From NCBI GenBank assembly GCA_038883655.1, contig JAVZLQ010000002.1:185625-249624 (forward strand): a DNA stretch of 64,000 nt. The letters run 5' to 3'. This DNA comes from Candidatus Bathyarchaeia archaeon (GTDB lineage Archaea > Thermoproteota > Bathyarchaeia > Bathyarchaeales > Bathycorpusculaceae). Below, piece by piece: positions 59,395-64,000 of this stretch (positions are counted from its first letter, which is position 1; every line of letters begins with the position of its first letter). The position numbers and the translations under genes are program-made. The notes below the pieces were generated by a model that was given only the letters and a program-made list of their open reading frames with translations, was not told the origin of the DNA and ran no database searches.

Positions 59395-61254
59395 CTATTG
59401 GGCTATGATTTCAAGGACTGGTTTTCTTGCAAACCTTACAGCTGGATATAGGCTTACAGCAAATATTGTCACTAAAGCCATGAACAATATTCCAGCAATC
59501 TCCATTATGGTATAGCTTGTTACAAGGGGTTCTGGAACCAAGATAAGCAGCGTAGCCATCACCCCAAACGCTATTCCAACGATGCAGCTTGAAAGCAAAA
59601 TTGTGATGCTTTGCCAAGAAACAACTTTTACGACGGCTTTAGGCTTGGCGCCAACAGCCCTTAAAACGCCAAATTCTTGACGTTGCTCAGTTATAGCTAA
59701 CATCACATAGCCCGCTAGGCAAAGCGAAGCAGAAAGTAGCGAGAAAAGCGGTAAAAGCATAATCGCAGACCAAATATAATTTAGAAAACCGAGACTTTTG
59801 TCTAAAAATTCGTCAAGTTCGAAGACCTCAAAGTAATCTGGAATAAGATAGTAAATTGTGCCGATAATTTCTTCGCGATTGACCTCTGAAACCCTAATCA
59901 AGGCAAGATTGACGCCCGATATGCCAGTTATGTTCTGTAATGTCTTTAAGTGCACATATGTAACATTCCCATTGTTTATTGGGTCGACGCAAACGCCAGT
60001 GACAGCGAAACTTTTGTCGAACATTGTTATACTTTGGTTCAATGGAATGCTGAAGATTTTATGGGCTAGAGAGTCGCCCACTAAAGCTTTATCGAACTCG
60101 TTCTCACCAAACAACTTGCCTTCTAGAAACCAGTTACATAAAACGTTTCTAGGCTTAATTCCAACAACGAGAGACTCGCCTCTTCGGCTATCACCAATAG
60201 AATATACCATATTGGTCTCAGGGTCGATAATATGCCCAGGGTTTTCCTGTACACGTGTTTCTATTATTAGGCGTTCGTCAACGTTGTTCTCTCCCAAAAT
60301 GGCGTTTAATTGGCTTAAGAGGAATTCTGGAATTAAATATTCTTCCTTTGTGTAGTTGAATTGTTCTTGAGCCTTTGTCTCGTAAAACTTTGACAATAAC
60401 CACTCGTATCTTTCACGGATTTCTTGATGAGCTATGCCTATCAGGTTTTTGCCAGCAGCCTTTTCAACCCAGCTTTTGGTGGTTTGGCTGGCTATGATTC
60501 CGCCCGCAACGGAGATTGTCAACAAAGTGAAGACCGTTGCTAGACAAATGATTATGCGGAATGTCGCGGATTTTCGGCGGGAGAGGCTTCTTAAGGCAAA
60601 TTTGAACATTAAATTTCGTTTCGATGAACCTTTGAATTCCCTTTCCTTGCTTAATCCAAGGCTGTACACCAGCGAAATAGCCTTTGCTGGCTCAATTTTG
60701 GCTGTGTCCAAGATTGGTTTTATGCCAAAAATTAATGCGAAGACAAAGTACATGATGAATACTGGGATGATGAGCCAAAAATTTGCTGCTTTCTGCAGAA
60801 CTTGGAAGCCAATTTGGCTCAAAAGCGCACTTGAAGCAAAATCCACCGCTACTCCAAGTATTACGCCAGAAATGCATCCTAAAAAATCTATTATTAGGAG
60901 TTCTGTTGCGAAATAGCCGAATATTAGGCTGTTTGGGCATCCTGCTGCCTTCATGAGTCCAATATCCCTTATTCTTTGGGCTAAGGCCATAAAAGATGTA
61001 AAGGATATTATTAATGCACCAACAGCGAAAATTAGGATTCCGACGAATATTATGAAACGTGAAAGTGCAACTGAAAACCCCACGGTAAGCCTATCCTCAA
61101 CTAAAATTGTTCCAAAACCAAAGCCAAGCTTCTCGCTAAAGAACAGAAGGAGAAGGGTTGACGCCACACACAACATCAAACTTATGATAGTCAGACTCGT
61201 CGGAAGTTTTCGCCGCAGCAAATCATTTACTGGAAAAGCTGTTTCACTCATCAA
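59395..61254 (-). CDS. FtsX/MacB-like ABC permease with two FtsX domains
   Basis: QRIRDIGLMKAAG and EQRQEFGVLRAVGA. Confidence 0.88.
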   Translation of the reverse strand: MMSETAFPVNDLLRRKLPTSLTIISLMLCVASTLLLLFFSEKLGFGFGTILVEDRLTVGFSVALSRFIIFVGILIFAVGALIISFTSFMALAQRIRDIGLMKAAGCPNSLIFGYFATELLIIDFLGCISGVILGVAVDFASSALLSQIGFQVLQKAANFWLIIPVFIMYFVFALIFGIKPILDTAKIEPAKAISLVYSLGLSKEREFKGSSKRNLMFKFALRSLSRRKSATFRIIICLATVFTLLTISVAGGIIASQTTKSWVEKAAGKNLIGIAHQEIRERYEWLLSKFYETKAQEQFNYTKEEYLIPEFLLSQLNAILGENNVDERLIIETRVQENPGHIIDPETNMVYSIGDSRRGESLVVGIKPRNVLCNWFLEGKLFGENEFDKALVGDSLAHKIFSIPLNQSITMFDKSFAVTGVCVDPINNGNVTYVHLKTLQNITGISGVNLALIRVSEVNREEIIGTIYYLIPDYFEVFELDEFLDKSLGFLNYIWSAIMLLPLFSLLSASLCLAGYVMLAITEQRQEFGVLRAVGAKPKAVVKVVSWQSITILLSSCIVGIAFGVMATLLILVPEPLVTSYTIMEIAGILFMALVTIFAVSLYPAVRFARKPVLEIIAQ

Positions 61255-61930
61255 CTTTTACCAGCTTGCCATCTTCCAAATTCAATCTTTGGTCTGCCAA
61301 CGCTGATATTTGCGTGTCATGCGTGACAACAATAAGCGTCTTCTCATAGTTCTTGAGCTGTTGAAGAATTTCAATAATCTTCAAACTCGTTTTTATGTCT
61401 AAATTTCCAGTAGGCTCGTCAACTAGCAAGAGTGGCGGGTCGTTTGCCAATGCGCGGGCAAAAGCTACACGTTGTTGTTCTCCACCGCTCAATTGAAAGG
61501 GGAAATGTTCCGCTCTGTGCTGCAAGCCAAAAGTTTCGAGTAACTCTTTCACACGCCTTTCTATCTCATCTCCCGACGTTCGAGTCCACTCCATTGGAAA
61601 GGCTATGTTTTCGGCTACAGTTAATGTGGAGACAAGGTTGTATGATTGGAAAACGAAGCCTATCTTGTGGCATCGAAAGTCCGCCAAGGCATCCTCGTCC
61701 TTTTCGCCTAGATTCTGCCCAAAAACAAATATTTTTCCTCTTGTAGGTTTGTCGATGCCGCCTATGATGTTTAGAAGTGTTGTTTTTCCAGAGCCGGATG
61801 GTCCATTAATGACCGTGAATTCGCCCTTTTCAACCTTGAGGTCAACGTCTTTTAGCACTTCAACTTTCATGTCGCCTATTTCGTAAACCTTGCACAAGCC
61901 AGAAGCAAAGACAATCGCCTTATCCTTCAA
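61244..61930 (-). CDS. ABC ATPase (LolD/MacB-like)
   Basis: [27 protein letters not shown]. Confidence 0.95.
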   Translation of the reverse strand: MKDKAIVFASGLCKVYEIGDMKVEVLKDVDLKVEKGEFTVINGPSGSGKTTLLNIIGGIDKPTRGKIFVFGQNLGEKDEDALADFRCHKIGFVFQSYNLVSTLTVAENIAFPMEWTRTSGDEIERRVKELLETFGLQHRAEHFPFQLSGGEQQRVAFARALANDPPLLLVDEPTGNLDIKTSLKIIEILQQLKNYEKTLIVVTHDTQISALADQRLNLEDGKLVKVDE

Positions 61931-61935
61931 GGCTT

Positions 61936-62370
61936 TTAGCTTCCCTTTTCTAAGTTGAAGTTTCCCCTATCTCTCTTTAAAATTCTGACTTTCTCTGGGA
62001 TTTTTCCTTTCTCCCAATCTTTCCAGTCAACTTTCCTAAAAACCCACTTCTTGCCTAGGTGGGCAGCGAGAACAGCATGCTTAAATTCGTTTTCCAGAGG
62101 AACAAGCTCGCTTAAAAATCTGAACAACTTTTCTATTTGCTGTTTTGGGAAGTAAGCGTAATAACCAGCATTTTTAACCTCAAAGGCGTAGACATGAGCG
62201 TCTTTTCTTGCAATTATGTCTGGAAGGGGGCTTAGGCTTGGGTTGCTCACTGGAATACGCACGGCATTGTAGCCATTCTTCATTAAAAGTTTCACCAAAA
62301 CGTTCTCGCTGTAAAAGCCCCTCTTTCGCCACCTGCGAAGCTCCGCCTTATCGACGCTTCTCATATTCAC
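61936..62370 (-). CDS. archaeal Holliday-junction resolvase (Hjc-like)
   Basis: RGFYSENVL..GYNAVRIPVS..PDIIA..FEVK. Confidence 0.75.
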   Translation of the reverse strand: MNMRSVDKAELRRWRKRGFYSENVLVKLLMKNGYNAVRIPVSNPSLSPLPDIIARKDAHVYAFEVKNAGYYAYFPKQQIEKLFRFLSELVPLENEFKHAVLAAHLGKKWVFRKVDWKDWEKGKIPEKVRILKRDRGNFNLEKGS

Positions 62371-62598
62371 GCCTCTTGCCCTAACGCGTCTATAAAGCTG
62401 ATTAATGTTCAGGACATAAAAAACTATTGAAAAATGTGCATTTTCGTCGATGCTTTTGTATACGAGTTTTTGCTATAAATAACGGCTAGTTGCTCTGGTG
62501 AAGACATGGTTGCATGTATAGATGTTTGGTAATACACGATCAACTAATACAACATAAAAATAAAGATTAGACGTTGAAAAGCTGCAATTTTGAGACCT

Positions 62599-64000
62599 TT
62601 AGCCTTGCTTTCTAGGTTTATATGTTTTGACTTGAACCTTTATTTCGGGCTTTTCAACTAGGCATTCTCTCAAATAATCGTCAAGCGTAGCGGCTGGCAC
62701 AACCTCAATCTTATAATCTCTAACGTCAATTGAATGCTCGTAGTTCTTCTGCGGAATAACAACCTTCTTGAACCCCCATGCCTCAGCAGCCTTAATCTTC
62801 TCGTAAACTCCGCCGACAGCAGTAACTTGAACAGCATTCCCAACGCCAAGGTTTATCTCGCCAGTAACAGCTACATCCTGCCTTATTGGTTTACCCTCAA
62901 TTAACGAGCATAACAGTATCGCCATTGTTACGCCCGCTGATGGGCCGTCAACGCCGTAAGATTGGGCGAAGTCTATGTGTGTTAAATAGTCTTGAGCTAT
63001 GTCTATGCCGTATTTTTGTAGGATTACGCTGCGGACTTTTGCTATGCTGTCCGCTATGAAGCTTTGTCCCTTCGCAACACCAGTAACTTTGTAATAGCCC
63101 TTAATTGGGTAGTTTCGTGACAATTCACTTCTTTTAACCATATGCGCTTTTACGCAGAGGACGCTTCCAGTCATTTCTCCACTGTAGGGGTCCTTTACGA
63201 CTGCTAAGCCGTATATCTGTCCAAGTTTGACTCCTTTCGGCGAAATCTCCAAAAGTTTTCCACGTTCGTTCATTTCATGCTCAAGTATTTGCCTTTGAAT
63301 TGTTTTGCAGTGGTGTTCTATGGCTTCGCGCACATGGCGCCTTTCAACGATTTTGCAGTTTTCGTTCATGGCAAGTGTCGCCGCAGTCTTGATTATCGAA
63401 ATTAATGGTCTGAACTTTGTTGTTAGGGCGTCTCGCTTGTTGCTTCGCCTTCTGCCTTCCTCAACTATTTCCTCGCATGCCTCGCGGCTGAACGGTATTA
63501 AATTGAAGCGTTTAACTTCCTGAGCTATGAACTGAACGTATTTGCGGCGGTTCTCCACAGTGTTTGGCATATCATTATTCATCCGCACAACCTTGCCATA
63601 ACCGTAAATCCTATCCATCAATGCAGGGTGAATCTGCCCAATGCTGTCAAAGTTTCCAGCACCTACAAGAAATGTTATGGCTGGAACGGGCTCTGTCGAA
63701 ACGGCCATCGCCGCTGTGTCACCGCCATGCCACCTACCCCTAATGGTTATTGGCAGCTGCCCATCCTCAAGAACTGTCAAAAGCGTAATAGCCTCTTCTG
63801 GGTCCAAATTCTTAATCTCGTCTATGTATAGTATTCCAAGTGAAGCCCTATGCACGTCTCCAGCCGTGACTCTCTGGTGTTCTGGTGTTCCCAACCCGCC
63901 AGTTTGGTACGGATCCCATGCAATTGAACCGAACAGCTGGGCGCTTCTGTGTCCAGTAGCATCGACGAAGGGTGCGTGTCCAGAGCTGTTGTCAACTATC
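62599..64000 (-). CDS. lonB: archaeal Lon (LonB) protease, 5'-truncated by window edge
   Basis: Frame open to the edge; LYIDEI, HPALMDR, catalytic DGPSAG and GGVYEKI. Confidence 0.92.
   Translation of the reverse strand, partial: IVDNSSGHAPFVDATGHRSAQLFGSIAWDPYQTGGLGTPEHQRVTAGDVHRASLGILYIDEIKNLDPEEAITLLTVLEDGQLPITIRGRWHGGDTAAMAVSTEPVPAITFLVGAGNFDSIGQIHPALMDRIYGYGKVVRMNNDMPNTVENRRKYVQFIAQEVKRFNLIPFSREACEEIVEEGRRRSNKRDALTTKFRPLISIIKTAATLAMNENCKIVERRHVREAIEHHCKTIQRQILEHEMNERGKLLEISPKGVKLGQIYGLAVVKDPYSGEMTGSVLCVKAHMVKRSELSRNYPIKGYYKVTGVAKGQSFIADSIAKVRSVILQKYGIDIAQDYLTHIDFAQSYGVDGPSAGVTMAILLCSLIEGKPIRQDVAVTGEINLGVGNAVQVTAVGGVYEKIKAAEAWGFKKVVIPQKNYEHSIDVRDYKIEVVPAATLDDYLRECLVEKPEIKVQVKTYKPRKQG

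Noticed and set aside
1-64000. CRISPR array or cas genes
   Set aside because: No regularly spaced repeats or Cas motifs seen

Overview
Archaeal chromosomal window. The gene set and style suggest Bathyarchaeia or another TACK lineage (inference): rpl35Ae, LonB, Hjc, TrmI, crenarchaeal-type SSB, tungsten AOR, PEF-CTERM and NosD/dockerin surface proteins. Most of it is housekeeping and metabolism, plus one tRNA-Ala(TGC). Two regions stand out. (1) A fluoride (crcB-type) riboswitch at 4524-4585 (-) heads a four-gene operon with no known fluoride exporter: a prenyltransferase/squalene-cyclase-repeat protein, a DUF6062-like Zn protein and two coiled-coil proteins. (2) An ~8 kb integrated element (45407-53376) sits in the last codons of a radical SAM gene and is bounded by a 29-bp direct repeat whose two copies both encode GCEIIP*. 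It carries two tyrosine recombinases, a P-loop replication-type ATPase with a structured leader, an RHH repressor with visible operators, an AbrB-type regulator coupled to a large surface protein, and small membrane or basic proteins. Several small genes missing from the ORF track were read by hand. All family assignments come from motif recognition; no database searches were run.
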